A stretch of DNA of 64,000 nt from Thermodesulfovibrionales bacterium (GTDB lineage Bacteria > Nitrospirota > Thermodesulfovibrionia > Thermodesulfovibrionales > SM23-35), in contig CAVWBP010000002.1 in the NCBI GenBank assembly GCA_963753165.1, positions 272,301 through 336,300 of the forward strand, in the 5' to 3' direction. Positions 37,598 through 48,856 of the stretch are shown piece by piece. The translations under genes and the position numbers were made by a program. Positions within the stretch are counted from its first letter, which is position 1. Each line of letters opens with the position of its first letter. The notes beneath the pieces are model-generated. The model was not told the DNA's origin and made no database searches. It saw only the letters and a program-made list of their open reading frames with translations.

Positions 37598-37624
37598 GAA
37601 GTCCCCTGATGGGCAGGGGACTTC
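37598..37624 (-). terminator. Intrinsic terminator after csp
   Basis: GAAGTCCCCTG-N5-CAGGGGACTTC, then TCTCTTTT on the minus strand. Confidence 0.7.
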
Positions 37625-37633
37625 TTCAGTCAG

Positions 37634-37834
37634 TTAATTTTTGATTACATTGATTGCTTTGAGACCTTTTGGGCCATTTTCGGTATCAAAGGTTACAGAA
37701 TCACCTTCGGCGAGGGATTTAAATCCGCTGCCTTGGATGGAAGAATGGTGGACAAATACATCGCTGCCATCTTCACTTGTGATAAAACCAAAGCCTTTGG
37801 AATCATTAAACCACTTCACTGTTCCTTTCGCCAT
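37634..37834 (-). CDS. csp: Cold-shock protein (CspA family)
   Basis: [30 protein letters not shown]. Confidence 0.97.
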   Translation of the reverse strand: MAKGTVKWFNDSKGFGFITSEDGSDVFVHHSSIQGSGFKSLAEGDSVTFDTENGPKGLKAINVIKN

Positions 37835-38308
37835 TTCGGACCTCCTTGTTCGAAAATTCAAATCTCAGAATACCCATAAAAAAAAGCCACAAAGCTAAAA
37901 GTCTTTGAGGCTTTAGTCAACAAAAACTTCTGAAACTCTGAAGATTATCTTGACATATGTTGCCGCAGAAGTCAATACATATGCGTATTTATATCTATTT
38001 GTCAGCAGGTTATAAATTAACGGGAATTATTCTTTGAAAGAATGTAATTCGCATTTTATGAAAAGTATCTGAAGTGTTGACTCCGGCCAACAATTTTCTC
38101 GACTTCCTGAAATAGTGATAGGTTCATTTCTTTTCCGGATGCAATAATTATAATGGTAATCAACAAGGAAAATTGCTACCCCCTACTCAGGTAGGATTGA
38201 CTGCCTATCATTTTAGTTAAATAATGAAATCATAAGCATAATGCTTAATTTTTATGAGATATCGAGTAAAAAAGGACTAAGACATAAGTACTTGAATCAA
38301 AGAGAAAT

Positions 38309-38806
38309 ATGAAAAATAAAATAATCATCATGTCGGGTTTCATTGTAAGCATAATTTTTGTACTTTCAGTTCCGCTTCATGCAACTGATTGGAATTTTGT
38401 AACGACTACAACAAAAAATTATTACTTTATTGACTCAGACAGCATTATTACAAACGAAACACAAATAACTTTTTGGGGAATAAAAATGGACATAGAAACT
38501 GCAAAAGTAACCGCTAAAAAAAGGTGTACTATAGATTGCCATTTTGAAAATGCGCTTGTTCAAGACGATATAAGATATGATGCAGAAGGGCGTATTACAC
38601 AAATACTGTCTTATAATGATATGAATTGGTATGATGTTCGGAAAGGGTCAGCAACAAAAACGATTGCCAATTTTTTGTGTGAATATGGCAGACCAAGAAT
38701 AGATATAAAAAAACATTTAAAACAGCCTTTTCAGACCAAAGACAATTACATGGCATCTTTCATAAACAATCTAAACAGTGCCAACCTTTCTTTCAATTCT
38801 CAATAA
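38309..38806 (+). CDS. Exported hypothetical protein (surface-adhesin E-like pattern), AT-rich
   Basis: Signal peptide ending LHA; W......YFID.DSI pattern; Cys pair; low GC. Confidence 0.55.
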   Translation: MKNKIIIMSGFIVSIIFVLSVPLHATDWNFVTTTTKNYYFIDSDSIITNETQITFWGIKMDIETAKVTAKKRCTIDCHFENALVQDDIRYDAEGRITQILSYNDMNWYDVRKGSATKTIANFLCEYGRPRIDIKKHLKQPFQTKDNYMASFINNLNSANLSFNSQ

Positions 38807-38998
38807 TTGTTTCTGTTGCTGCATGAAGCATCCTGTATATTAGACATGCTTCAACTGTTGATGTTGTATACCATGAGAGTTATTTGTGAAAGAAATTAAC
38901 AAAAATCATTGAATTGAAAACAATACTATTATCCTGACCTTGACAGGGGCACTTGAGCACTCTTGTCTTGACACTTCGGGTGGTTAATTGTTAAATTA

Positions 38999-39025
38999 TT
39001 AGCACTTGACCATTGAGAGTGCTAA
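38999..39025. promoter_or_regulatory. CIRCE operator
   Basis: TTAGCACTT-N9-GAGTGCTAA directly before hrcA; TTGACA at 38968. Confidence 0.93.
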
Positions 39026-39027
39026 AT

Positions 39028-40062
39028 ATGCAGAATTTAAGCGAACGCAATAAAAAAATCCTCTATGCAATCGTCCAGAGCTACATAAATAATCCCGACC
39101 CCGTAGGGTCGAGGGTTGTAACCAAGCGCTATTCACTGGGCTTCTCTCCGGCCACCATACGGAACATCATGGCTGATCTCGAAGAAATGGGCTTTCTCAT
39201 ACAGCCCCACACTTCGGCGGGAAGGGTCCCCACCGACCTCGGATACCGGTTCTACGTCGATTCTCTTGACGACGAAAGCGACCATCAGTCAAATATGGAG
39301 GTCCTGCATGACCTGTACAGAAAACTCGAAGCCCTGAGGAATAATATCGATATGTTTCTTGGCGAGGCGACAAAAAGCATGTCGATATTGTCCCATTACC
39401 TTGGCGTAGCCATGTCTCCGGCGTCTGATCTCAGCACGCTGAAAAAAATTGATCTCCTGAAATATACTGCGGGGAAAATAGCCGCCGTGCTCTTTACCGA
39501 TGAAGGCCTGATCAAGAACAGGGTCATCACGATAGACGCGGACCTCTCCCAGAAAGACCTTGCCAGGATTGCCGGATATCTGAATTCCGAATTTGCCGGA
39601 TATTCCCTGGATGAGATACGCATGAAGGTGCTGAGGCAGATGTCAAGAGAGAAGGTGAGATGCGACCATCTCCTCTCCAGGGCGATGCAGATATGCCGGG
39701 ACGCCCTCTCATTTCCCTGTGGCGATCTCTTTGTCTCGGGGCTTTCCGGAGTGCTCGATCTTCCCGATTTTCATGACTTGAAAAAAATCAGGGAATTATC
39801 ACGGGCCATCGAGGACAAACACATGATTATAAAACTGCTCGATGAGTTGTCCGAATCCGAAGGGGTGCAGGTCATCATAGGGTCTGAGAATGCCTCGGAT
39901 GAAATGAAGCGGTTCAGTGTTGTTGCGTCTGCATGCCGGCAGGGCGACCGGCCGATCGGTGTGGTCGGCATTATCGGTCCGACCCGGATGAACTATGCGA
40001 GGGCAATATATATTGTGGAAAATACTGCAAAATTCATCACGCAAATGCTTGAAGGAAGGTGA
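39028..40062 (+). CDS. hrcA: Heat-inducible transcription repressor HrcA
   Basis: PVGSR, SPATIRN.MADLEEMG.L.QPHTSAGRVPTD.GYRFYVD, IIGPTRMNY. Confidence 0.97.
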   Translation: MQNLSERNKKILYAIVQSYINNPDPVGSRVVTKRYSLGFSPATIRNIMADLEEMGFLIQPHTSAGRVPTDLGYRFYVDSLDDESDHQSNMEVLHDLYRKLEALRNNIDMFLGEATKSMSILSHYLGVAMSPASDLSTLKKIDLLKYTAGKIAAVLFTDEGLIKNRVITIDADLSQKDLARIAGYLNSEFAGYSLDEIRMKVLRQMSREKVRCDHLLSRAMQICRDALSFPCGDLFVSGLSGVLDLPDFHDLKKIRELSRAIEDKHMIIKLLDELSESEGVQVIIGSENASDEMKRFSVVASACRQGDRPIGVVGIIGPTRMNYARAIYIVENTAKFITQMLEGR

Positions 40063-40670
40063 TCCCTTTGCAGGAGCACGAAACAGACGAAACCCAGGAA
40101 AGAGAGATACAGGAGGCGGTGGAACCTGCTCACGGGGAGATGTCCCCTGAAGACGGGGGAGATGAGCAGGACCGCAGTGCTGCCGAACTGCAAGACATGA
40201 ACAATAAATACCTGCGGCTCTATGCCGAATTCGAAAATTATAAAAAGCGGGTTATGAAGGATAAAGAAGAACTTATCAAATACGGAAATGAGAGTCTTCT
40301 CTATGACCTCCTGCCCGTGGTCGACAGTCTGGAGATGGCATTGCAGCATGCAGCGGACGATGTATCATCAGGTCTGGTGCAGGGAGTAGAGTTAACGCTC
40401 AAGGAGATGAGGAAATCACTCGAGAAATATGGCCTCATCCAGATTGAGGCGGAGGGGAAACCCTTTGATCCCGCGGTGCATCATGCGATGGCGCATCTTG
40501 AGCGGGATGATGTTGAGGAAAATATTGTGGTAGAGGAGTACAGGAAAGGATATATGTTCAAGGATAAGGTGCTGCGCGCATCTCTCGTTGCAGTTTCGAA
40601 GAAGCACGAAGGATCGGGACAGGCAAACGAGGCGAATGAGAGAAACAATATGACAGAGGAGGAATCATAA
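40059..40670 (+). CDS. grpE: Nucleotide exchange factor GrpE
   Basis: [34 protein letters not shown]. Confidence 0.96.
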   Translation: MIPLQEHETDETQEREIQEAVEPAHGEMSPEDGGDEQDRSAAELQDMNNKYLRLYAEFENYKKRVMKDKEELIKYGNESLLYDLLPVVDSLEMALQHAADDVSSGLVQGVELTLKEMRKSLEKYGLIQIEAEGKPFDPAVHHAMAHLERDDVEENIVVEEYRKGYMFKDKVLRASLVAVSKKHEGSGQANEANERNNMTEEES

Positions 40671-40671
40671 C

Positions 40672-42603
40672 ATGGGGAAAGCAGTTGGTATAGATCTTGG
40701 AACTACGAATTCAGTAGTTGCCGTAGTTCAGGGCGGGGATCCCGTGGTTATCCCGAATCAGGAAGGATCCAGGACAACGCCATCTGTTGTTGCAATCACT
40801 GAAAAAGGGGAAAGACTGGTCGGACAGATAGCAAAGAGACAGGCGATCACAAACCCCGAAAATACGATTTTTTCCATAAAAAGGCTGATGGGAAGGAAGT
40901 TCAATGCGCCGGAAGTTGAGCATGCGATGAAGAGACTTCCCTACAAGATTCTCGATGCTCCGAATGCCGATGCGCATGTGGAAATACGGGGCAAACGCTA
41001 CTCACCCCCTGAGATATCCGCAATGATCCTGCAGAAACTGAAACAGGCGGCAGAGGATTACCTTGGCGAACCGGTAACAGAAGCCGTCATCACGGTCCCC
41101 GCATATTTTGACGATAGTCAGAGGCAGGCCACGAAAGACGCAGGCAGAATCGCCGGGCTTAATGTCCTGAGGATTATCAACGAGCCGACCGCGGCAGCGC
41201 TTGCCTATGGTATGGACAAGAAAAAGGAAGAAAAAATCGGAGTATATGATCTCGGCGGGGGCACGTTTGATATCTCGATCCTCGAGATTGGAGAAGGCGT
41301 CATCGAGGTCAGGTCGACAAACGGCAATACCTATCTGGGCGGCGATGACTTTGACCTGAGGATTATGGACTGGATGGTGGAGGAATTCAAGAAAGACCAG
41401 GGCATAGACCTCAAGAATGACAAAATGGCATTGCAAAGGCTGAAGGAAGCTGCGGAAAAGGCAAAAGTGGAGCTTTCGACCGCGACGGAGACCGAGATAA
41501 ACCTCCCCTTTGTAACGGCCGATGCGACAGGCCCCAAACATCTTCTCATGAAACTCGCGAGATCAAAAATGGAACAACTCGTCGGAGACCTGATTGAGGG
41601 TACCATCGGACCGTGCAAGAACGCATTGACCGATGCAGGACTTTCAGCCTCGAACATAGATGAAATCCTCCTCGTTGGCGGGCAGATACGCATGCCAAAG
41701 GTCCAGCAGGTGGTGCAGAACTTCTTCGGGAAGGAGCCGAATAAAACGGTGAACCCCGACGAGGTAGTTGCTGTGGGCGCTGCTATCCAGGCGGCGGTTC
41801 TCAAAGGTGATGTAAAAGAGGTCCTCCTGCTGGACGTTACTCCGCTTTCACTGGGTATCGAGACACTCGGAGGAATATTTACCAAGATCATCGAGAGAAA
41901 TACTACCATCCCGACCAAGAAGAGTCAGATATTCTCGACGGCCACGGACAACCAGCCTGCCGTATCCATCAAAGTGTTCCAGGGTGAACGGGAGATGGCG
42001 GCAGATAACAAGATTCTCGGCAATTTTGAACTCATCGGCATTCCACCGGCGCCGAGAGGAGTGCCCCAGGTCGAAGTGACTTTCGATATCGATGCGAATG
42101 GTATTCTCCATGTTTCTGCAAAAGACCTGGGTACGGGGAAAGAACAGTCTATCCGGATAACCGCATCAAGCGGTCTGTCGGAAGATGAGATCAAGAATAT
42201 GGTGCGGGACGCAGAAGCCCATGGCGAAGACGACAAGACAAAGAAACAACTTGCCGAGGTGCGGAACGAAGCGGATAACCTCGTCTATACCGTCGAAAAA
42301 TCCCTTAAGGAATACGGCGACAAAGTGAGCGAAGGCGAGAAGAAAGAGATCGAAGAAGCGCTTGAGCGATGCCGGAAGGCAAAAGACACGGCCACTGACG
42401 CATCGGAGATCAAATCCGCTACAGAAGCTCTTATGACAAAGTCCCACAAGCTTGCAGAACATCTCTACAAAGGCGCCGGGGCACAGGCAGGCGAAGGTCA
42501 GGCAGGTCCATCAGCCGAAGGACAGGAGCAGGAAGGCGCGAAGGGACCTGAAGAAGAGGTTGTCGAGGCAGAATTTGAGGATGTTGACAAGGACAAGAAA
42601 TAA
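40672..42603 (+). CDS. dnaK: Chaperone DnaK
   Basis: [44 protein letters not shown]. Confidence 0.99.
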   Translation: MGKAVGIDLGTTNSVVAVVQGGDPVVIPNQEGSRTTPSVVAITEKGERLVGQIAKRQAITNPENTIFSIKRLMGRKFNAPEVEHAMKRLPYKILDAPNADAHVEIRGKRYSPPEISAMILQKLKQAAEDYLGEPVTEAVITVPAYFDDSQRQATKDAGRIAGLNVLRIINEPTAAALAYGMDKKKEEKIGVYDLGGGTFDISILEIGEGVIEVRSTNGNTYLGGDDFDLRIMDWMVEEFKKDQGIDLKNDKMALQRLKEAAEKAKVELSTATETEINLPFVTADATGPKHLLMKLARSKMEQLVGDLIEGTIGPCKNALTDAGLSASNIDEILLVGGQIRMPKVQQVVQNFFGKEPNKTVNPDEVVAVGAAIQAAVLKGDVKEVLLLDVTPLSLGIETLGGIFTKIIERNTTIPTKKSQIFSTATDNQPAVSIKVFQGEREMAADNKILGNFELIGIPPAPRGVPQVEVTFDIDANGILHVSAKDLGTGKEQSIRITASSGLSEDEIKNMVRDAEAHGEDDKTKKQLAEVRNEADNLVYTVEKSLKEYGDKVSEGEKKEIEEALERCRKAKDTATDASEIKSATEALMTKSHKLAEHLYKGAGAQAGEGQAGPSAEGQEQEGAKGPEEEVVEAEFEDVDKDKK

Positions 42604-42654
42604 AAAGCGCTTTCACGGTATGATATAGCATCAGTGCTTGAAAGATCGCACCTG

Positions 42655-42686
42655 AAAAGTCCTCCTCGAAATGAGGGGGACTTTTT
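42655..42686 (+). terminator. Terminator-like hairpin between dnaK and dnaJ
   Basis: AAAAGTCCTCCTC-gaaat-GAGGGGGACTTTTT. Confidence 0.65.
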
Positions 42687-42764
42687 ACGAGAAGCAGATG
42701 ATTCTGGTGAAAAGACTTTTCCGCCGGGAGACAAATTTCTCAACTTCTATATAATAGGGAGAGC

Positions 42765-43862
42765 ATGAAAGACTATTACGAAACAATCGGGGTGGCCCGC
42801 GACGCGTCAGAAGTTGATATCAAGAAAGCGTTCAGACAGCTCGCCATGAAATACCATCCTGACAGAAATCCGGATAATAAGGAGTCTGAGGAAAAGTTCA
42901 AGGAAATAAATGAAGCATATTCCTGCCTGATCGATCCGGAAAAAAGAGCGAACTACGACAGGTTCGGTACGGCGGAAGGCATGGGCGCCGGTCATAGCCC
43001 GTTTGGAGCAGGATTCGGGGATGTGTTCGAAGACATCTTCGGCGACTTTTTCGGGACCTTTACCGGGAACCGGAGGCCAAGGCCGGCCAAGGGAAATGAC
43101 CTGCGGTATGACCTCGATATCACGCTGATGGAGGCTGCCCTTGGCACTGAGAAGACCCTGGATATACCACGGTGGGAAGACTGTTTTGAGTGCAGGGGTT
43201 CCGGTTCAGCGCCGGGCAAGTCGCCGGTTGCCTGTCAGAATTGCAAGGGCGCCGGACAGGTGCGGATGCAGCAGGGTTTCTTTACCATATCGAGGACGTG
43301 CGAAAAATGCGGCGGGGCAGGGAAGGTTATCACTGACCCCTGCAAAGAGTGCAACGGCCAGGGCAGAGTGAGGAAGTACAAGAGCATCAGCATAAAACTC
43401 CCGGCAGGGGTTGATACCGGTTCACGGCTGAGAATGTCCAATGAAGGGGAGATGGGGCTCTATGGAGGTCCGCGGGGAGATCTCTACATTATCCTCAATG
43501 TTGAAGAGCATTCATTCTTTAAGCGGGACGGCAATGATCTGTTCTGTGAGGTGCCGATATCGTTCCCTCAGGCTGTGCTTGGAGCAGAGATCGAGGTGCC
43601 TACTCTGGACGGGACAGCGAAGATTAAAATATCGCCGAGCACACCTTCAGGAAGGATGTTCCATCTGAAAGGGAAGGGAATACAGAGACTCGGCGCTCAT
43701 GGCAAGGGCGACCAAATTGTGAGAATCTATATAGATGTGCCCAAAAAACTTACGCCGAGACAGAAGGAACTCCTTGAAGAGTTTGCTCAAATAAGCGGGG
43801 ACGAGGTAAGCAAGTCTTTTAAAGAGAAGATCAAAGACCTCTTCACCGGCGCAGAGAAATAG
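42765..43862 (+). CDS. dnaJ: Chaperone DnaJ
   Basis: J domain HPD, four CxxCxGxG repeats, C-terminal domain. Confidence 0.98.
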   Translation: MKDYYETIGVARDASEVDIKKAFRQLAMKYHPDRNPDNKESEEKFKEINEAYSCLIDPEKRANYDRFGTAEGMGAGHSPFGAGFGDVFEDIFGDFFGTFTGNRRPRPAKGNDLRYDLDITLMEAALGTEKTLDIPRWEDCFECRGSGSAPGKSPVACQNCKGAGQVRMQQGFFTISRTCEKCGGAGKVITDPCKECNGQGRVRKYKSISIKLPAGVDTGSRLRMSNEGEMGLYGGPRGDLYIILNVEEHSFFKRDGNDLFCEVPISFPQAVLGAEIEVPTLDGTAKIKISPSTPSGRMFHLKGKGIQRLGAHGKGDQIVRIYIDVPKKLTPRQKELLEEFAQISGDEVSKSFKEKIKDLFTGAEK

Positions 43863-44127
43863 CCGGCCCTTATTACTCATAAATTCCCAGGTGAATACAG
43901 CGGGAGGCAGTATTTTTACTCATTCTCGCCCCGATAAGAACCGGGATAAATCCGCAAAAATATCGCATCCGCCGTATTATATGATCAGTGCATGAATAAT
44001 CCGGGATTTACATACGAAACTTTATAAAAAAAGTGGGTTATAATGTGCACAGAGTCTGTGGAATGAGGATGAACCCAAAGCGCGCAGGGGATGAAACAGG
44101 AAAAATGAGAGGGAAGGGGTAACGGAT

Positions 44128-44859
44128 ATGCCCAGGATCTATCTCCCGTTGAAGAACAGGGAAGATCATACCATCACGATCACCGGCGAGAAAGCGCATT
44201 ATCTTATTTCCGTCCTGAGATGCCGGAAGGGAGATGAACTGATTATTTTTGACGGGTCGGGGCATTGTTATAAGACTCGGATAGCGGGGATTGAGAGAAA
44301 AGTAGTTCTCGCAGAAGTGAGTGAACAGTTCCCGTGCGGGAACGAATCGACTGTCCGTATTACTCTTGTTTTAGGTCTCCTGAAAGGCGAGAAGATGGAT
44401 ATGGTGATACAGAAAGCCACGGAACTCGGCGTGCATGAGATCATCCCCGTTGTGAATGAGAGAAGCCAGATCAGGGAGACGAGGAAAATTTCCCGGTGGA
44501 GGAAAATAGCGGAAGAAGCGTCGCGACAATCAGGGAGGAGCATCGTTCCTGAGGTGCGCGAAGCAGTGCAGTTTGCCGACCTTTTCAAGGGTCGTGGGGC
44601 AAGGGTTCAGGGGCAGGGGTTTCTGTTTTATGAAGGAGAAGGGGCTAAATTGTCAGAAGCAGTCGCTTCCCTTCCCCGCCGTCCTTCTTCTCTCTTCATC
44701 ATGGTCGGTCCTGAAGGCGGTTTCACCCGGGAAGAAATCAGTCTTGCACAAGCACAGGGCGCAGTTCTTGTCAGTCTCGGGAAAAGGATCCTCAGGGCTG
44801 AGACCGCAGCGCTTGCTGCTCTCTCAATAGTACAATTTCAGTTCGGAGGTATGGACTAA
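44128..44859 (+). CDS. rsmE: 16S rRNA m3U1498 methyltransferase
   Basis: H...VLR, KGEKMD..IQKATELGV, EASRQS.R, GPEGGF, LGKRILRAETA. Confidence 0.96.
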   Translation: MPRIYLPLKNREDHTITITGEKAHYLISVLRCRKGDELIIFDGSGHCYKTRIAGIERKVVLAEVSEQFPCGNESTVRITLVLGLLKGEKMDMVIQKATELGVHEIIPVVNERSQIRETRKISRWRKIAEEASRQSGRSIVPEVREAVQFADLFKGRGARVQGQGFLFYEGEGAKLSEAVASLPRRPSSLFIMVGPEGGFTREEISLAQAQGAVLVSLGKRILRAETAALAALSIVQFQFGGMD

Positions 44860-44892
44860 GCCGGTCTGCCAAATGATGCTGCATGCTCAGGC

Positions 44893-45064
44893 TTAAGCGT
44901 CTGCCTTCCTGATATCGGCAATCCTTTCGACCGGTATCATTATCCAGCCCAGTTTCTCCCTCGAGGTATACCTCTTCTTCCCCGACTTCGATGAGTTTGC
45001 CGGTGTAAGTGATGCCGTCCTCTGCCTCCACGATCACAATTTTCCCTGTAAGGTCAAAATCCAC
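44893..45064 (-). pseudogene. Small Sm/LSm-like protein gene with a +1 frameshift in a G run (~44949); may be a sequencing error
   Basis: GTG start with GGAGG RBS; corrected product MDFDLTGKIVIVEAEDGITYTGKLIEVGEEEVYLEGETGWIMIPVERIADIRKADA. Confidence 0.55.
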
Positions 45065-45221
45065 AAAGCCTCCCGGATGGATAACATTATACCGGGGGTG
45101 CAGCGGCTTGGGCAACAGGAAAAAATATATTCCCCTACTCCGGTAGGGTTGACTATTTCCCCGGAAGGTGTATAGTTGAGAATATTAGAAAAAAGAGAGT
45201 GATGAAAAGGGGGGAAGCCGT

Positions 45222-46169
45222 ATGATGGAACTACTCAACCGTGGGGAAGGCGAGGCAGGCAACACGTGCATGTCACGCGGACGCCTCCTGATCGTTGATG
45301 ACGAAATCGATACCCTGAGACCTCTCTGTGAGATTGTTGCAGAATGGGGGTATGAAGTCCTGCATGCCACATCGGGGCAAGATGCGCTGGAGATTTTGGA
45401 GAGAGAGGAAGTTGATTTGTTAGTGAGTGACCTGTCAATGCCTGAAATGAACGGCATCGAACTTCTCAGGACAGCCTGTGAGCGGGACAGAGATCTTATG
45501 TGTATCATAGTCACTGCCTACGGGACTGTCCAGAAGGCTGTTGACGCGATGAGTGCAGGGGCCTATGATTTTGTCCTGAAACCGTTCGACTTCAAAATGT
45601 TGAGATCGAAAATTTCCCGCGCAGTAGAAATGCGGAAACTGCGCGATTCAGAAGCAATTTACCGGTCAATAGTCGAGAATTTTCAGAGTGAGATGATCTG
45701 TCGTTTTCTGCCTGATGGGACCTTGAATTTTGTGAATCAGGCATTCTCCCGTTACTTCGCGAAGAGGAAGCAGGATATCGTCGGGGGCACCTATCTGTCC
45801 TTCCCGTGTGAAGAAGACAGGGATAAAATCATAGGGGCAATAGCTTCTCTTGATCCGGAAAATCCTGTCGTCAGGCTTGAGTACCGCGTCAAAGTCCCGT
45901 ACGGTGAAATGCGCTGGCAGAAATGGACATTCACCGCCATACTCGATGGAAACAATCAGGTGGCGGTAATCCAGGCGATCGGGTCTGATATCCATGACCT
46001 GAAAATAGCCGAAGAGCAGCTTGCAAAAAAAGAGAATGAACTGGAAAAGAAGATGAAGGACCTTGAGAGTTTTTATCAAATGGCAGTCAGCAGGGAGTTA
46101 AGAATGAAGGAACTCAAGGAGGAGATCAAAGAACTCCAGAGAGAATTAGAGAAACACAAAACTCAATGA
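45222..46169 (+). CDS. Response regulator with REC-PAS domains and coiled-coil tail, no recognisable output domain
   Basis: LIVDDE...SDLSMP...TAYG...KP; PAS (CRF.PDGTL.FVN.AF); SRELRMKELK tail. Confidence 0.82.
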   Translation: MMELLNRGEGEAGNTCMSRGRLLIVDDEIDTLRPLCEIVAEWGYEVLHATSGQDALEILEREEVDLLVSDLSMPEMNGIELLRTACERDRDLMCIIVTAYGTVQKAVDAMSAGAYDFVLKPFDFKMLRSKISRAVEMRKLRDSEAIYRSIVENFQSEMICRFLPDGTLNFVNQAFSRYFAKRKQDIVGGTYLSFPCEEDRDKIIGAIASLDPENPVVRLEYRVKVPYGEMRWQKWTFTAILDGNNQVAVIQAIGSDIHDLKIAEEQLAKKENELEKKMKDLESFYQMAVSRELRMKELKEEIKELQRELEKHKTQ

Positions 46170-46348
46170 GCGCCGCCTGAGAGCCCGCCCAAAATTTTCC
46201 ATGGTTTCTCCTTTTTCAGTCCATTCAATGACTGATCCGCGGTTCTTCCCAAGGCTTGTTTCCGGGAGGGATGCTGTGGTATCCTTAGTATGAAGAAAAA
46301 GGGAGAACAGTCTTGAAACAGCAGCATCCTTAAGGAGGAGAACAAGCA

Positions 46349-46681
46349 ATGTCGTCGAGAAAGATCTATGTGGGGAACCTGCCTTATTCTGCAAAAGAGG
46401 AAGACATAAGAGAGGTATTTGAGAAGATCGGGGAGGTTCAGTCGGTAAGGATTCTTACCGATTCAGCCACGGGACGTTCACGGGGGTTCGGGTTTGTAGA
46501 GATGGCTTCGGACGGGGACACAGACAGGGCAATTCAGGAACTCACCGGGGCGGTACTTATGGAGAGGACTCTTACTATAAGCGAGGCGCGGCCACAGGAA
46601 ACGAGAGGAAAGACTGACATGCGGCGGAAACAAGGGGGATCCTTCGACAGAGGAGGAAAGGGCTCAGGTAGTTGGAGGTAA
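46349..46681 (+). CDS. RRM RNA-binding protein
   Basis: IYVGNLPY (RNP2), RGFGFVEM (RNP1), Gly-rich tail. Confidence 0.95.
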   Translation: MSSRKIYVGNLPYSAKEEDIREVFEKIGEVQSVRILTDSATGRSRGFGFVEMASDGDTDRAIQELTGAVLMERTLTISEARPQETRGKTDMRRKQGGSFDRGGKGSGSWR

Positions 46682-46875
46682 AGGTAAGCGAAAACGGCCT
46701 TGAAAAGGCATTACGGATCCTCAAGAAGAATCTGCAGAAGGATGGTCTCATGGGAGAATTAAAGAGGCGCCGTTATTATGATAAACCCTCGACCCGTCTT
46801 AAGAACAAACAAAGGGAGGCGCAGAAGAGGAACGCCAAGAGTGCCCGGCGCAGCATCCAGGACCGGAGGCCCTGA
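46672..46875 (+). CDS. rpsU: 30S ribosomal protein S21
   Basis: LEKALRILKK.LQKDGL..ELKRRRYYDKPS. Confidence 0.88.
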   Translation: MEVKVSENGLEKALRILKKNLQKDGLMGELKRRRYYDKPSTRLKNKQREAQKRNAKSARRSIQDRRP

Positions 46876-46907
46876 GAAATCACTTCTTATCGTAAAAGGG
46901 GAAGACA

Positions 46908-47099
46908 ATGAAACGAGCAGGTGCATATAAAAGTGAAAAGCGGAAAAAAGAAGTACAGCGGAAGAAGCAGCAGGACGAGAAAAGGCTGAAACGAATAAAG
47001 AAGGGCCATGAAAAAGACGAAGAGGAAACTCAGCCCGAAACAGCAGAAACCCCGCCAGGGGAAGAAAATAGTATAACAACGAGTGAAGGACAGAACTGA
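46908..47099 (+). CDS. Small highly charged hypothetical protein
   Basis: Basic N-terminus (KSEKRKKE...KK) and acidic tail; GGGG RBS upstream. Confidence 0.65.
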   Translation: MKRAGAYKSEKRKKEVQRKKQQDEKRLKRIKKGHEKDEEETQPETAETPPGEENSITTSEGQN

Positions 47100-47247
47100 G
47101 AACATTTCCCAGGCCCGGCTCTTGTGAATTGTTCCTTGCCCGGCGTTCCGGTTCGTGACGCTTCGATAAATTATCTGCCTTATTAAAAACATTGTAGAGA
47201 GTGTTCAGCCTGCCAGCAATCTGATGAATAAGAAAAGAGGGTAAAAT

Positions 47248-47279
47248 AAAAAAGCCCCCGTAGTGCGGGGGCTTTTTTA
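47248..47279. terminator. Bidirectional intrinsic terminator downstream of glnA
   Basis: AAAAAAGCCCCCG-tagtg-CGGGGGCTTTTTT. Confidence 0.88.
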
Positions 47280-47308
47280 TTGCACTTATTCTTCAGCGCG
47301 TTTCGCTT

Positions 47309-48721
47309 TTAGATATCGTAATAGAGGAAGAACTCATACGGATGCGGTCTGAGCCTCAGGGCGTCGACTTCTCTTGTCCTCTTGTAGCGCAGCCACATTT
47401 CGATAACATCCTCGGTAAATACGTCGCCTTTCTTGAGGAAACTGTGGTCTTTCTCAAGGCAGTCAAGCGCATCTTCGAGCGAGCCGGGAAGGCTCGGCAC
47501 CTTTGCGAGTTCCTCGGGGGCGAGGTCATAGATGTCCTTGTCGAGCGGTTCTCCCGGATGGATTTTGTTCTCGATGCCGTCAAGGCCCGCCATGAGCATC
47601 GCGGAGAACGCGAGGTACGGGTTGCATGACGGATCGGGGAACCTTACCTCTACCCTCTTCGCCTTCGGACTTGGAGAGTACATGGGGATTCTGATCGCCG
47701 CAGATCTGTTCCTGCTTGAGTATGCGAGATTGATCGGAGCCTCATATCCGGGCACGAGCCTCTTGTAGGAATTTGTTGTCGGTGCGACGAATGCAGCGAG
47801 GGCAGCGGCATGCTTCAGAATTCCGCCGATATAGTAGAGCGCAAGGTCTGAGATGCCTGCGTAGCCGTTCCCCGCAAACAGGGGCTTTCCGTTTTTCCAG
47901 AGGCTCTGGTGTGTATGCATGCCTGAGCCGTTGTCGCCGTAGAGGGGCTTAGGCATCATTGTTACGGTTTTCCCGTGCCTCGATGCAACATTCTTGATGA
48001 TATATTTGTACATCATCAGCTTGTCGGCCATATCCACAATCGGAGAGAATCTCATGTCTATCTCCGCCTGTCCGCCCGTAGCGACTTCGTGGTGCTGCGC
48101 TTCCACTTCTATTCCAGCTTTTTCCAGTTCAAGAACCATCTCGGTGCGGATATCCTGCTGCTTGTCCATCGGCGGGACAGGGAAATACCCTTCTTTGTGC
48201 CTCGGCTTGTACCCGAGGTTCGGACTCTCTTCTCTCCCCGAATTCCATATGCCTTCGACAGAATCTACGAAGTGATACCCGCTGTTTGCGGTATAATCAA
48301 ACCGCACATCATCGAAGATGAAAAACTCCGCCTCCGGGCCGAAGAACGCGGTATCCGCAACCTTGGTTGATTTCATGTATGCTTCAGCCTTCTGTGTTAT
48401 GTAGCGCGGATCTCTCGAATACGGTTCTTTTGTGATCGGATCGACAATATTGCAGATCAGACTGAGGGTAGGGTGCTGGGTGAAGGGGTCCATCACGGCG
48501 GTAGACGGATCGGGTATTACAAGCATATCGCTCATATGAATAGCCTGCCATCCCCGGATAGAAGACCCGTCGAAGCCCAGTCCGTCTTCGAACAGGCCCT
48601 CAGAGAGTACCTTAGCCGGAACGGAGAAGTGCTGCCAGAGTCCCGGAAAATCCATAAACTTCAGATCGACCATCACGGCTTTGTTCTTCTTGGCAAATTC
48701 CAAAACTTCCTTTGGTTTCAT
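47309..48721 (-). CDS. glnA: Glutamine synthetase type I
   Basis: [55 protein letters not shown], adenylylation site DIYDL. Confidence 0.98.
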   Translation of the reverse strand: MKPKEVLEFAKKNKAVMVDLKFMDFPGLWQHFSVPAKVLSEGLFEDGLGFDGSSIRGWQAIHMSDMLVIPDPSTAVMDPFTQHPTLSLICNIVDPITKEPYSRDPRYITQKAEAYMKSTKVADTAFFGPEAEFFIFDDVRFDYTANSGYHFVDSVEGIWNSGREESPNLGYKPRHKEGYFPVPPMDKQQDIRTEMVLELEKAGIEVEAQHHEVATGGQAEIDMRFSPIVDMADKLMMYKYIIKNVASRHGKTVTMMPKPLYGDNGSGMHTHQSLWKNGKPLFAGNGYAGISDLALYYIGGILKHAAALAAFVAPTTNSYKRLVPGYEAPINLAYSSRNRSAAIRIPMYSPSPKAKRVEVRFPDPSCNPYLAFSAMLMAGLDGIENKIHPGEPLDKDIYDLAPEELAKVPSLPGSLEDALDCLEKDHSFLKKGDVFTEDVIEMWLRYKRTREVDALRLRPHPYEFFLYYDI

Positions 48722-48856
48722 TGTGCTGCCTCCTTTTATTCTGTGTGATAGAAAAAATACGCTTGTCAGTCTCAGACAATCACGTTATCTGTCTCCGTCT
48801 CCTTTTTCCCGGGGGGAGCAAGAGCATTGCATACCGTTACTCCTTCACCTCCGGTA

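Noticed and set aside
48722-48856. Glutamine riboswitch or ANTAR dual-hairpin in the glnA leader
   Set aside because: Only one imperfect hairpin with an AACGUG loop; no second hexaloop, terminator or glnA-motif core.
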